Part shown: positions 40,117 to 57,450 of the stretch, piece by piece
Numbering within the stretch: the stretch's first letter is position 1
How the letters are laid out: each line of letters begins with the position of its first letter
DNA from: Octopus vulgaris
Taxonomy: Eukaryota
Assembly (NCBI GenBank): GCA_951406725.2
Contig: OX597826.1
Coordinates: 42,408,001 to 42,472,000, forward strand
Direction: 5' to 3'
Length of the DNA stretch: 64,000 nucleotides
Position numbers and translations under genes: made by a program
The notes under the pieces: model-generated
What the model was told of the DNA's origin: nothing
Seen by the model: only the letters and a program-made list of their open reading frames with translations
Databases searched by the model: none

Positions 40117-40345
40117 GTCTGTGTCTGTCCTTGTGACCCCACCGCCATCGTTTGACAACCGATGCTGGTGTGTTTATGTCCCCGTAACTTAGCAGTTCGG
40201 CAAAAGTAATCGATAGAATAAGTGTTAGGCTTACAAAGAATAAGTCTCGGGGTCGATTTTTTGACTAACACCCTTTAAGGCGGTGCTCCAGCATGGCCAC
40301 AGTTAAATGAGTGAAACAAGTAAAAGAATAAAAGAATAAAAGAAC
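40100..40345 (+). mobile_element. SINE family A 3' half
   Basis: ttgacaaccgatgctggtgtgttta...ggcggtgctccagcatggcc...aaacaagtaaaagaataaaagaa. Confidence 0.88.
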
Positions 40346-40817
<472 letters not shown>

Positions 40818-41239
40818 TCACTCAGATGAGGAAAGTTTGCTGACCTGACGTAGAAATGAATGTCAATGGCCTCTCAATTTTCTCCGCGCTCTCTCTCTCT
40901 CATTCCTCAGTGACGAGTGTAACAGTATCTTCAGTAGACATCAGAAAGTAGAGGAAGATAACACCCATATCTGTAGTTTCGGCAAAGTATCACCTTTCTA
41001 TAAGACATGGCTTTGTGGCCCACATATTTACACTCCTATCTGTGGTAAGGATTGTCTTGTCAGTGCATCCACTTACATATGCACAAAACCCCGGAGCTGT
41101 CTTGACTCAAAATAGCCAGTGACTTTGTTAGTGACTGTGAAGAATGTAATACATACATGCATGCATACAAACATACAGACAGACAGAAATATATACATAC
41201 AGAAAAATATACATATGTACATTCGTTCATATATACATG

Positions 41240-41650
41240 CATGCCCACCGGATGTCAACATAAAGCTAAAGATTGGCGAAAAAGAAAACACCTACTTTAA
41301 ACTATTGAGAAATTCACAGCCAGATTACAATTTCAGGTTTATACCTGCAACTATTGGGTCCAGAGATATGTAACAAAATGCCTAAGCACCAATCTTGCGA
41401 AATTAGGCTTCTCAAAACCAATCTTGCAAAATTAGGCTTCTCAAAACGAGAAATGAGAAAGCGATTTAGATTATAAATTCAAGCCATAAATGGAACTGTT
41501 GAAATTTGTAAAACTTTCCAGAAGTTTAGCACATTCACACAAACATGAAGAAATGTCATATTAATGTTATTGAAATTTCAATATAAAGGTTAGAAACCGT
41601 TTATTTTACAAATGACAAGAAATCTTGAAATAAACTTAATATTAACATAC
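41240..41650 (+). mobile_element. RLE-type LINE 3' end, second copy of the 38928 family
   Basis: CPPDVNIKLKIGEKENTYFKLLRN..PDYNFRFIP..IG; 3' UTR gaaaccg...gaaatcttgaaataaa then catacatac. Confidence 0.8.
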
Positions 41651-43957
41651 ATACGTACATACATGCATCTCCAAATCCAATCTATTAGTAGCACGGTGAG
41701 GATTTGTAAAACATTACCGAAATTCTCCACGTGAAATTCTCGCACACACTTGGGTGCATGCATCGACAGTTCAACCAAAACACCAACTCAACCACATTTT
41801 TACAAACACCTGGAACTCTCTTAACTCAAAAATTCTTGTTGCTTTGTTTGCAACCGGCTTGAACTCTCTCAAGAAGAAAAATTAAACTCTAAGAAAAATC
41901 ATACACATACAACGGGGATGTAAATAAATGAAGTTGGTTGTCATTAGCAGTAACATGTCAAGAAAGAAGATGGAAACTCCAGGACCAGAATGTCAACGGA
42001 AAATTCATTTAAAAACAATAACCCGGTATAATCACAACATAACTAATATTGTTCTATTGGTCAGGGGACAAAAGCTACGCACTGCTGTATAGTTTAACTA
42101 TTCGGCTGATATCAATGTCACACATTAAATTGTCGAAATACAGGACATCAATAGTAAATTAATGAGAAAATGACATCTTTTGAATTCGAGCTATATTGAT
42201 TTTCATTTAAACCTATTATCTTAGATGTGCTGGAATGTTTAACAACTTATGTGTGTAAACTTTGAAATATCGAGGAGATTTTCCCAGAAAGTGCAAAACA
42301 AACTTATTTCATATTCAATCGATGTGATACAGTAAAACTTTGTAAAACATTCCAAACATTTTCTATTTGAGTTTTCTTATATGAACGTACACAAGTAATC
42401 ACGTTGTGCATATGGCATACACTCATACATACAGGAATGAAAAGCAATCACGCACACACTCAACCATGTGTGCAAGTATATCTAGGCATACACCTACATG
42501 TATGGACCCACTAATTTACGTGTTCGCAAACCTTTGAAGCTGTCTTGACATTATAAACTTCGTTACTATGTTAGTGACCGGTTTGGATTCCGCGAAAAAC
42601 ATAAATAAATCTCATAGAAAAAATGCATACATACGTACATACACACATACCTGCATACATACATCCATACATACATACATACATACATACATACATACAT
42701 ACATACATACATACATACATACATACATACATACATACATACATACATACATAAATGGTGGCTATCTGCTACTTAAAGAGCTTGAGATCTTCTTCTACCT
42801 ATAATTGCTCTCTCCAAGCATGAGATTTAAAATGATTGTTCAGTCCCGAAAGGCGTTTGCAGAGCTGGTCGCATATACTGTAGCAATGTCTCACTTCAGT
42901 ATTGCTTCCATTTTCCGCTTGTTTATAATGCTATGTCCAAATGCCGCTTGCGTGGGTGTGCGCGTGCGTGGGTGTGTGTGTTCCAAACTAAAACAAAAAC
43001 AAACCTCAATTATAAGCCACCGTCGTCTTTGTAACCAAAGAAACTGGGTAGGTGTATGAATAGCTGTCACCACTTTTAGAAACAAAGTGAATAATAAAGG
43101 GAGAATAGAGATATTTGATATCAAACAGTCAACTGAGACATCTCCGAGTTCTGCTGAATAATCACGGAAATTTGCCAAAAACTGACGTTTTATTGATTTA
43201 TTTTATGGTGAAACTCGCTTAGAAGTAACAACAGGACAACATAAAGTGATTTAGTTGAAAAATTGATGCATCTTATTAAGACTCTCCACCTCTGTTTTAC
43301 TCACGCTTTCATTAACTCTTTAACTGCTAGGATCATCATAATTATCTCCCTTTATCTCCCCCCCCCACTCTCTCTCTCGCTCGCTTTCTGTTATAATAAA
43401 TGAATGTGAGAGAAAGGAATAGTTGTCGTTGGTTACGCTATTATTTAGTCCTAAGACAGCACCGATCCATCAAATCTGTCATGAAAGAGGGTTTCGCCTC
43501 CATTATCACATCTTCTCTTTAAGTTAGGAATGCATTACCCAATGATTTCTTCAAGATAATAACACGTGATTTGAGATGGAGTTGGTTGTTACTTTTATCG
43601 TGTCGATCTACTTCGTAGAATTTCCCACTTTCGTTCAAATATTTTGGAGTCTGTGTGTGTGTGTGTGATAGAAGATAAAAGAGAGAGATAAAAGACTCCA
43701 GTCCTTAGGACGTCGTGCAGGAAAAGAAAGGTGGTCACGTGAGGAAAAGAAAGATGGACGATGGTCACGTGTGAGCAACGAGAGGGGAAGAGAAAGATAG
43801 GGGAGAGAAGACAGATAGAAAACGGTGAATGGGTGAAAAGGGAATTAGAGAAGGATGGGGAGAAAACAGTATAGAGTAAAGTCGCATCAAAAAGGTTAAG
43901 ATAAACTTACTTCGAAATGAATGCGTGGCGTTCAATTAAATAATAATATAAATTGTA

Positions 43958-44420
43958 TAATGTAAAGTATAAAAGCCATCTCAATATGGCTAACCACAAA
44001 GGGGGAGGGGTGTTACAGTAGCTTTTTAGCCCCAGGAGATCATCGTCTCCAGCTGGCTTTAGACACACTTTCTGTGCCCTTTAGGTATTTGCAAAGGGAG
44101 GCCATCCCTTTCTCGTAAGCCTGAGTGATACGCACCGGACCGGTCTCTTATCAACGGGCAGTAATCACCAGATCACAATGAAAGACAAGGCCTGTTTGCA
44201 AATATATAAGAGTTTTTCTAGTGACGTCTGCTACTGATTTCGAAAAACTGACTGTAAGCATTATTAAGCCAGCTGGAGACGATGATCTCCTGGGGCTAAA
44301 AAGCTACAGTAACACCCCCTCTCCCTTTGTGGTTCGGCATATTGAGATGGCTTTTATACTTTACATTGTCGAGGGATTACTGTTTACATCTCGTTCTGAG
44401 ATTTAATAATGCATAAATTA
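43958..44420. mobile_element. Fold-back PLE pseudo-LTR pair, same family as 32572-33110
   Basis: ~103-bp arms (43958-44060 / 44266-44368) sharing agccccaggagatcatcgtctccagctggcttt. Minus-strand spacer reads ..FEISSRRH*KNSYIFAN (PLE C-terminus-like) then ccg-TTGATAA-gag-ACCGGTC-cgg (hammerhead with stem II deleted). Confidence 0.85.
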
Positions 44421-44639
44421 TATATATATATATATATATTTAATTCATATATATATAATAAATTATATATATATGTATAGCTTACCAAATGCGTATTTAA
44501 CTCGTTTGTTTTCGTACTCCATGTTGTTTACAGAGTTCGTGACGTCCTGTACCCATATATGCATATATATATATATATATATTATTTATAGTATTACTTA
44601 ATTGAACGCCCCGCATCCATTTCCAAGTAAGCATATATA

Positions 44640-44811
44640 TATATATGTTCGTGTGTCTGTTTGATCCCTCACCATCGCTTGACAACCGATGTTGATGTGT
44701 TTACGTCACAGTAACTTAGCGGTTCAGCAATAACAACCGGATTTTGATTTGTTCGACTAAAGGTGATGCTCCACCGTAGCCGCTGTCAAATGACTGAAAC
44801 AAATAAAAAAA

Positions 44812-44851
<40 letters not shown>

Positions 44852-45330
44852 TTTTCTACTCTAGGCGCAAGGCCCGAAATTTTGTGGGGGGAAGCCAGTT
44901 TGATTATATCGCCCCAAATATACAACTGGTACTTAATATATCGACCCCGAAAGGATGAAAGGCAAAGCCGACCTCGGTGGAATTTGAACTCAGAACGTAA
45001 TGACAGACGAAATACTACTATGCATTTCGCCCGGCGTGCTAACGTTTCTGTCAGATCGCAGCCTTAAATATGTATATATATTCTTTTATTTGTTTCAGTC
45101 ATTTGACTGTAGCCATACCGTAACACAGCCTTGTGTAAACACACCAACATCGGTTGTCAAGCGTTGGTAGGACGACAAACACAGACAAATATATCTACGA
45201 CGGGTTTGTTTCAGTTTCCGTCTACCAAATCCACTCTCATGTCTTTGGTCGGTCCCAAGGTGCCTCACAATAGGACTGATCCCGGAATCTTGTGGCTAGG
45301 AAGAAAGCTTTTTACCACATAGCCACGCCA
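44640..45330. mobile_element. SINE cluster: A 3' half (+, 44640-44815), B (-, 44850-45065), A with deletions (-, 45080-45330)
   Basis: Similarity to the family exemplars above. Confidence 0.8.
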
Positions 45331-46870
45331 TCATAATACTCCGAGTCTCGGATGTCGGGGCGGAAACCCACGCCGCCATCTCTTCAGTTATCCGGCCATC
45401 GAAAAAAATGCTATGAAAATGACCGTTAAACACAAGGAAATTACTGCGTGATTGACCGTTATTAAGACCAAAGAGCTATCAGAATGACCGCTAAGTGAGA
45501 GGAGGGACTAGGTAAGGGAGTGAAAATGTTCATAGTATTCGCGTAAGCGCGCATGTCCATACCTACACATACGCGCCCGCACACCTACGTACATGCGCCT
45601 ATAAGTATATACTCATCCACCCTCACTTGAAACACATACATGCTCACCCACACATTCGCTAAAAAATATATACATACCCGCATACACGCTCGCACACACA
45701 TACACACATACGTGCGTACAAAAAAGGTTCATACACACGTCTATATACGCACATGCACAAGAAAAAACAGGGCTATATTGAAGGCCACGACGATGTGGAA
45801 AAAAGCCGATAGAATAAGTACTAGGCTTACAAAGAATAAGTCCTGGAGTCGATTTGCTCGACTAAAGGCGGAGCTCCAGCATGGCCGCGGTCAAATGACT
45901 GAAACAAGTAAAAGAGTAAAAGAGTATGTGCTATGTTCCAGATTGATCAATTCCGTTACACTTTTATCGTATAGACATTTTACAGCTCCAAATAGTTAAA
46001 TCCATTTTATTCTTTTATTTAGCCCGCACGTAAAAATCACTCGTGTTCAATGGAATCATAATGTATTTTACGAAATGCATGCGAGTCTGATACTTGTATG
46101 TATGTATGTGAGCGTGTATGTGTGAGGGAGAGAGGTAAAAAGAAAGAGAGAATTTTTAATGTGGAGTTACGCGGATATATGGAGACTAAAATAGCAAATG
46201 GAGATGGAGACTAAAATAGCAAATGGAGATGGAGTAAGAGGTAGTCGGTGGCATTAAATGTAAGTGAGGATAATTGAAAGAAATACAACTATATTGAGTT
46301 GTAGTGAGGGTTTTGCATTAACTGGAGTAATAGGTTTTTTTGTTTGTTTTTTTATGTAAATGAAACAGCAATTTTTTATTGGACATTTTGCGAGAAAAAT
46401 ATATTCCTTTAATTTTAATTGTTTCAGTTCCAAAAGGAAAATAAACGAAAAAGAATTGAAAGCAAAACACTCTATAAGTTGATTTTAAATGATGCAGGAT
46501 CGCGCAAACATACTTTCTCTATCAATCTCTCTTTCTCTTTCTATCACACACACACACATGCGCACGCACCACCACCGCCACCCCGCACACATACAAGTAT
46601 TATAATTTGTTTTCAAAACAGAATTTTTTATATGATTTTCTGATAAGACAGCGCTAAAGTACAACAACAAACAACATAATGAGAGGGCGTCAGAGAATAA
46701 AATTCAAGAGAATTACAGTAACAGTTTTAAAACTGATCGAAGTGGGAGTTATCACGTGATGTAATGGAAAGAGCAGACAACAAACAATCGGTATAAAAAT
46801 GTCCTTTTATCCTTTTAAATATAAAAAAAAATCCTTTTAAACATAAAGAAAGTAGTTTAATCTTCAATTC

Positions 46871-46872
<2 letters not shown>

Positions 46873-46958
<86 letters not shown>

Positions 46959-46996
46959 AAGAAGAAGAAGAAGAAGAAGAAGAAGAAGAAGAAGAA
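46873..46996. repeat. (AAT)n followed by (AAG)n
   Basis: Direct reading. Confidence 0.95.
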
Positions 46997-47257
46997 AAAC
47001 AGAAACAATTCCTATCATAGTAGGTGCATTAGGCATGATAAAAAAATATTCAGACAAATACATAACAAAAACACCAGGACTTACAAACACATATAACATA
47101 CAGAAAATTGCACTACTAGGCACTGCACACATCCTACGCAGAACACTTTCCATACAATAACCATCAGAGCATCACAACAAATCACAGCACATACCCAAGG
47201 CACACAGAGCTGCGCTCGGTAGTGAAGTGAAAGCACGCTATAAAAATAAAACTACTC

Positions 47258-47323
<66 letters not shown>
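46997..47323 (+). mobile_element. Dong/R4-clade LINE 3' end with (AAT)n tail
   Basis: ETIPIIVGALGMIKKYSDKYITKTPG...IQKIALLGTAHILRRTLSIQ*; ~100-bp UTR, AATAAA, then (AAT)n 47258-47323. Confidence 0.88.
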
Positions 47324-47604
47324 CCTTTCTCCTATAGGTACAAGGCCTGAAATTTGGGGGTGGGGGATAGTCGATTACATCGACTGTTCCTACGTTTCAG
47401 CCATTGTAAATATCGACGAATAGGGGAGAAGCACTGCAAAACAAAGATACACCGCGTGGCAGTATGGCCCCCACCCGAAGACGCCGGTCAGCATACGGAT
47501 GCTTGAGGGTCGCATCAAGCGGCTTCTGGCGGCGAAAGCTGAACTACAATGGGCTTATCCTACAGAGAACGTTTCAGGTTACTTTTAGGTACCTCCTTGT
47601 GTGC

Positions 47605-47657
<53 letters not shown>

Positions 47658-47684
47658 AAGAGGAGATGTGGAACACGAGTTGTG

Positions 47685-47985
47685 ATATATAAAAAAGGAA
47701 ATGAAGAAAATGCTGACAAAATAATTTAAGTAATTTAAGTAATTTAATTAGGTGAAAGTTCTTTTTACCGGTTGCGCATTTGTTATGCTTATCAAAAGAA
47801 ATTTTTTTTAAGAGAGATAGAGTTCCTTTCTGATAGATTTTTTCCTCTATCAGAAAGGAACTCTATCTCTCTTAAAAAAAAATTCTTTTGATAAGCATAA
47901 CAAATGCGCAACCGATAAAAAGAACTTTCACCTAATTAAATTACTTAAATTACTTAAATTATTTTGTCAGCATTTTCTTCATTTC

Positions 47986-47996
<11 letters not shown>
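47685..47996. repeat. Near-perfect ~310-bp palindrome (~153-bp arms, 8-nt loop) next to (TA)n; probable PLE terminus fold-back
   Basis: 47685-47837 vs 47846-47996 differ at only a few positions; each arm has a hammerhead-shaped motif ttgataa-gcat(aacaa)atgc-gcaa-ccg(g/a)ta. Confidence 0.9.
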
Positions 47997-48038
<42 letters not shown>

Positions 48039-48140
48039 TCTCCACATTTCCTCTCTATCTAATTCAGAAGGTATTGGTCTGTACGAAGCGGACAAATGCC
48101 CAAGGTGTGACATTTTTTCATGCACAGTATGATCGAACCA

Positions 48141-48374
48141 AAAGGCAGCGAGCTGGCAGAAACGTTAGCACGCCGGGCGAAATGCTTAGCGGTATTTCGT
48201 CTACTGCTACGTTCTGAGTTCAAATTCCACTGAGGTCGACTTTGCCTTTCATCCTTTCAGGGTCGATGAATTATGTACCAGTTATGTACTGGGGTCGATG
48301 TAATCGACTTAATCCCTTTGTCTGCCCATGTTTGTCCCCTCTATGTTTAGCCCCTTGTGGGCAATAAAGAAATA
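48141..48374 (+). mobile_element. SINE family B with TSD, nested in an old SINE-A remnant
   Basis: TSD agtatgat(c/t)gaacca at 48126-48140 and 48375-48389. Confidence 0.9.
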
Positions 48375-50058
48375 AGTATGATTGAACCACGTAACTCATG
48401 ATTGCGAAAGTAAACGTTCTAACCACACAACCATGCCTTCGCTCATGTAAAAACATGTATTTCTGTATTCTTTACACTCCTCTCTCTACCCCTTTCCATC
48501 TATTTCGTTAATCTTTATTTTCAAGTTATCTTAATTTTTCATTTTTTTTAATGACAATTAATGTCATTTATAAGAGAGGTTAAAAATGCTAGAGTTAATT
48601 CGAAGGCATAAAGTTTGAGATTATGAATGAGAGAGAGTTGTAAAAGCGGAAAATGGACGCATTAAACATAAAATCCTAAATTTTCCCTTTTGCTGCCATT
48701 TTAAGCCAAGAAATTGTTTAAACAAAAATGCAGCCTGGCATTCTAATCATCCGATAATTCCTATGTGGATCAGATTATACTGTAACATATGATAAATACT
48801 GTCACAGTTTTAAGTAGAATCGCATGTTGATTTAAGAGAATGGCGGGTGAAACGCCTGACAAAAATGGCTGTCTTGTTCAAAAACCGATACTATGAAATA
48901 TTTTCGGCATATTCAAATGTTTTAAAAACATGCATGAAAAACCAAGATACTTTCTTTTATTGATTTGTATACACGCAAGTAGTGAGAGCATCTAGCAAGT
49001 AGAAAAGCAGAGAGAGGTTATAAAAGGCGAGGTAGATATGTGAAGCCCTGGTTTAGGACTGTAGATGAGAACATGGTGGATGCAGACCTGGCCTTGGAGC
49101 AGGATCACGTCAGAGCTTGCAACCGTTCTGGATAGAGATCTCTCGTCGCTCAATGATCCATGAGAAGCGGGAAAAGTAAGACTAATTTACCTACATGTGC
49201 ATTTATATCTACTTAAATACGTGTACAGGATTGTTTCACTGTATATATTTGTATATGCATATTTGCATCTATAAATTGTATGAATCATTTATCATTTTAT
49301 CTTTTTCTCGTTTCAGTAACTGGGCGCTAACCATTCTGGAGCATCGCCTTGAAGTGTTTAGTCGAACAAATCAACTTTTTTTTTTTAAAGTTTGATACTT
49401 ATTCTATCGTTCGCTTCTGCCGAACCGCAAAATTATTTATAAATCATAAACACAAATATTTTTTTTTGACAATTTATAAGGTCTTTTTATATAATTTACT
49501 GGATATGAAAATTCTTATTTCATTACATTTTTCAATCATGCAATATATTCATTAAGTGTTTACATGCCCAAATTGGTTTCAGTATTGTATCCGAATGTAC
49601 TCCCTTATACATTTAGCATACCTCTAATTCAATTATCATTTTTTACGATATCTTATATCTATCCACCCGTAATGAAGAGAATAGTTCTTATATTAGTTTA
49701 AAATATACTATGAATTTCTATTCATATGATTATTCAATTCCGTTATACATTGATTATAGAATGTTTTTAATCATGATCTTCCATACACGTTGTTTAAGAA
49801 AAGTCTTAATAGTTTTTATTATACATCAAAGTATCCCATTATTGGGTTTTAAATTTAATTTCTATCTTTCTTCTATATATTGATTTAAATTTTCTCGCTT
49901 TAATATTATAAATTTGCTAAGTTATATTTTACTACCACCTTTATACTTCAATTCTAAATTTCACCCCTAAAGTTTATATATATATCCGTTTGGTTTTTCA
50001 TTATATTCCCTTTTAATATGATAATCAAAAGAAAAGCTACAGCACATTTATATATGAG

Positions 50059-50369
<311 letters not shown>

Positions 50370-50527
50370 TGAATTTCGGTGCATCCCACGGTGCAGAAGC
50401 ATCTCATCAGTTAGACAGGCAGACAGACAGACAGACATACATACAAACTACGCCTGAACATTTTACATACAATATATATATATATATATATATATTGTAT
50501 GTAAAATATATATATATACACATATAT

Positions 50528-51045
<518 letters not shown>

Positions 51046-51265
51046 TGTATGGATGGATGGATGGATTTGATGGATGGATGCCTTATCTTTTTGGGCCCTG
51101 AGGCTATATTTTGCTCGTTTCTTATTTATTTCGTCTTTGTCCATCTGGTTGATAACTGATGAAGAATTTGGTACCTTCTGTGTATGTCTCTCGTCCGGTT
51201 GTACACCCAGTGTACGTAATACGATCTTTATTACCTGTCGTTTGTTTATTTATAATACATTTTCC

Positions 51266-51381
<116 letters not shown>

Positions 51382-51615
51382 TCAAAATGTGACCGCGTGT
51401 GTACCGCTGGCGATTTTTTTTCCTGTCTTCCCTTCTCTGGATCTTTCCTTCTCCTATGTTTCCGACGTTAAACCCTCCTTCTTTCCTTCTTTCCTGAGCG
51501 TCCAATAATACTATATTTGTTCCACGTCCTCGCGTTGTTGTGGGGGTTTTTGTGCTTTCATGTTTGGATTAACTATATATATACATACATACATACATAC
51601 ATATACATACATACA

Positions 51616-51651
<36 letters not shown>

Positions 51652-51932
51652 TATATACGCAAACACATATAGATCTGCATACTTGCTACACATATTCACA
51701 TACACACACGTGCACAGACATATATATTCATAGAAAGGTCGATGTACGTAGACACTGTAACGGAGCAGACAAATGGTAGAGGTCTGATAAGAAAATGAGA
51801 AATAAACTTAATAAAATGAAAATTAGAATTGAGTACATTTCTGTTTCTCTTTTTAATGTTTACGTGTTTAAAAGCAAAACTGTAATCTCTTCGCATTATA
51901 TGCATATATACATACATTCATACATACATACA

Positions 51933-51966
<34 letters not shown>

Positions 51967-51988
51967 CTTATATATACACACACGCACA

Positions 51989-52221
51989 CGTATACACATA
52001 ACATACATACTAATATACATCAATATGTAGATATATATGCATATATAAATACATGTCCGTATGTATGTATTTACATATATATATATATATATATACATAC
52101 GGATATATATGTATTTACGTATATATATATATATATATACGTATACATATAATATACATACTAATATACATGAATATGTAGATGTATATGCATATATAAA
52201 TACATGTGTCTGTATGTATGT

Positions 52222-52272
<51 letters not shown>

Positions 52273-52355
52273 CGTATACACATAATATACATACTAATAT
52301 ACATGAATATATACATATATATGCATATATAAATACGTGTCTGTATGTATGTATT

Positions 52356-52408
<53 letters not shown>

Positions 52409-52420
52409 GTATTTACATAT
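51989..52420. repeat. Three ~130-150-bp tandem units, each ending in a microsatellite
   Basis: cgtataca.ataa.atacatactaatatacat.aatat.ta.at.tatatgcatatataaatac.tgt...gtatgtatgtatttaca at ~51989, 52140, 52273. Confidence 0.85.
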
Positions 52421-52814
52421 ATATATGTATAAGTGTGTATGTATATGTGTGTATACACAAACAAACAAGCAGACACATACACACACACAAGTACGAATAC
52501 GTCTGTTAGACGGGTACCTAAATGACAGCAGGAGCCAATGAGACAGTAAGCAGAAAGCAAGCGAATAAATCATTATTATCTAAATTGCCCAATGTAGCTA
52601 TACTGTTTCATGGCCGTAATAGTGACACAGAGAAACACATACTCAAACACATAGAAAAATACGCAATACAGAAATGTTCATACACACGTATATATATATA
52701 CGTATATAATATACACTATGAACATATGCGCACTCAAAAATATATATACACAGGGATCATTCCGTAAGGTGTGTAATTTATATAGCTATTTCGAACCATT
52801 TAGAAAATTCCTTC

Positions 52815-52845
<31 letters not shown>

Positions 52846-53746
52846 TGTATGTATGTATGTATGTATGTATGTATGTATGTATGTATTTACGTATTTATGT
52901 ATGCATGTATATTTATTCTATTGGTTTTATTTTTGTGTAATATTGAGAACATACATCAACTACATATATACATACATAAATAGATATACGTAAATAGATA
53001 TACATATAAGTAGATATACAGGATAATACATACATACTACATACATATATACATACATACATACATACATACATAAATGCAAACATACACATAAATACAT
53101 ACATTTATGCATAAATACATCCATGCATGCATATTGAGTTACATATATATATATAGACACATAGATACATACGTACACAATGCATATATAAATACATATA
53201 CGCATAAATACATACTTATATATGCATACATCGTACTTACATACATATATACATACATTCATACATATGGACAAACGGACAGAAAGGCAGACAAACAGAC
53301 AGACAGACATAGGTTCATATACATGAGGTCTTAAAATTGCTTTACTGTTTTTCAAAATGGCTTTTTAAATTGCATGCCTTGGAGATTGATCACTAAGCCT
53401 ATGACTGAGTGTGTGTGTATATATATATATATACATATATATTGTTATATGTATGTGAATGCATGTATATATATATATATATATACACATGCATTCACAT
53501 ATATATATACACACTCATATATATATTATATGCCAGTCTATGTGTGTTTATGCGTGCCTCTACTTCTGCATTTAACATTATATTCGTGTGTACGTAGATG
53601 AATTTATATATGTATGTCTGCATGGATAAGTGTTATTGATCTTTTATAGTTAGAAATTGAGGAATAGAGTGCTCAACAACCATGGCATAGAGCATATATT
53701 TTTTAGAAACCTTTGCTTTTTAATGTTACTTATATATATCTGTGTA

Positions 53747-53803
<57 letters not shown>

Positions 53804-54004
53804 AGGTTGGGTGGATACAAGGCGGGACCTGGCAGAATCGGTAGAGACGGGACGTAAGGCTTAGGCGGCATTTGTTCCGGCACTTTACGTTCTGAGTTCA
53901 AATCCTGCCGGTGCGTGCTTTGCTGCCCAGGTTTGATGTAATCGACTAACACTCTCTATCTAAAATTTCTGGCTCTATACCAAAATTTTATATAAAAAAG
54001 ATAT

Positions 54005-54086
<82 letters not shown>

Positions 54087-54378
54087 GAGGGAGAGAGAGA
54101 CAAACAGACAGTCAGACAGACGAAGAAATGTGCGTGTGCGTGTATATATATATACACGACAGGCTTATTTCAGTTTCCGCCATCGAAATCCACTCACAAG
54201 GCTTTGATCAACCTGAGGGTATAAAAAAAGACACCTGTTAAGGTGCCACGCTGTGGGAATGAACCCAGAACATGTGTTTGAAAGTAAGCTTTTTGCCACA
54301 TAATATATACAATAATATATAATATAAACATATACTTATTCAAAAGTATGTATATGTATGTATATATATATTTATTTA

Positions 54379-54481
<103 letters not shown>

Positions 54482-54691
54482 ACAACTGATGAAGGGGAAT
54501 ATTCTTTATGTTGCATGTCTCGTTTCTCTGGGGTTTTTTTCGTTGTTCTAAAAAAGTTTGTTTTCCATGTTTCTGTTTTCATGTTTTCGTTTCTTATTGT
54601 GTTCAACGTTTTTTTCTCTTTATGTCCTGTACCCATATATGCATGTATATATACATATATATGTAGGTATGTACATAAATGCATGTATATA

Positions 54692-54749
<58 letters not shown>

Positions 54750-55572
54750 AATATATATACATATATACATACATATAGATATGCATAGATACACACATGT
54801 ATATATGTATATGTGTTTGCTTGTTTGCGTATGTGCATGTGAGTATGTGTTCTCTGCATGTTAAGATATAATGTTTAACTTTGTTTTGTTTTTCTACCCT
54901 TAAAAATACAAGCGCTGTCACAAAGTGAAATGTAGCAAATTGGTATGAACACCATGGATGTTTTGATAAAGTAAAATGGTAAACAGTGACAGGAATAGCC
55001 AATATTTCAATAAGCTTGCAGTTCCCAGCTGAATATTAAAACCCACTGAACAATGATTAATTGCTGTTTTAAGACTCTGCGGAAGAATGTAATTTTTCTT
55101 CTTGCATATTATTTAGGAACGTTTTATCACGCGTTCTTACATAGTCACACAGCCACACAAGTACATATCACTAATGTGTACAGTCATTTACATATACGGA
55201 CACATACATAGGGATAATGAGCTGATGTCCTCTGCACTTTATCGTGTTTTGTGATAAATATGCATCAAAATTGACTCTAAAATCACGATCTACCTTCTCA
55301 GTAAAAAAGGAAAGACACGTTCGAAAGTATATTTTCGAAAAACAAAATAGGTGAGAATGGTTTTAATCAATGATCCGTTCGATTGGAGTTCACTTCTTTT
55401 TTGCTGTATTCCTAGAGTAGGGATGATGAAGAAGACGGCAACAACAACAACAACAATGGCAGCAAGAGAAGTAACAAAAAAGAGGTAATAATGTTTTATG
55501 TATTTCTGTTCCAAGTGATTTATGTTTGATTGCGGACTATTTCTGTTTGAATGTGTATCTTTTATATATATA

Positions 55573-56005
55573 GAAAAGTGCTCTCGCGTGGCTAAGAGGT
55601 TTTGCTGGTGCTGACTAGCACTCTCCGTCACTTAGTGACGACTGTACATGTTGCCTTTCGGTTGTAAATTGCAAACAGACACCTTAATAATTTATAATTC
55701 TCACTTCACCATTTTCGGAATCAGTCCGAGCTTTTAACCCTCGGCGATGGAGTAATGAATCACTGATTAAGATTAATCAAATCTGAAACCAGCGTTGATA
55801 TGACTCCATCTCGCTTATCGTAGAGAGTTTGTCTCCCTTGTCAATCGTGAGAAAAGTGCTCTGAAGTGGCTAAAAGTTGTTTTGACTCCTATTTCTAGCA
55901 ATGCTGGTGCTGACTAGCAGCCTCCGTCACTTTAGTGACGACTATATTTGTTGCTTTCGGTTGTAAATTGCAAATAGCCACCTTAATAATTTATAAACTG
56001 TTCAC
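55573..56005. repeat. Diverged direct repeat (~135-155 bp x2) upstream of a PLE fragment
   Basis: gaaaagtgctct..gtggctaa...tgctggtgctgactagca..ctccgtcactt(t)agtgacgact...tttcggttgtaaattgcaaa.ag.caccttaataatttataa at 55573-55708 and 55850-56005. Confidence 0.85.
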
Positions 56006-56024
56006 TATACACAAAGATAGCAAA

Positions 56025-57446
<1,422 letters not shown>

Positions 57447-57450
57447 TATT

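Noticed and set aside
47465-47555. Hammerhead-like CCGAAGA-cgccgg...ctggcg-gc-GAAA
   Set aside because: U4C, two extra bases before GAAA and no adjacent stem I pairing; at most a decayed PLE end.
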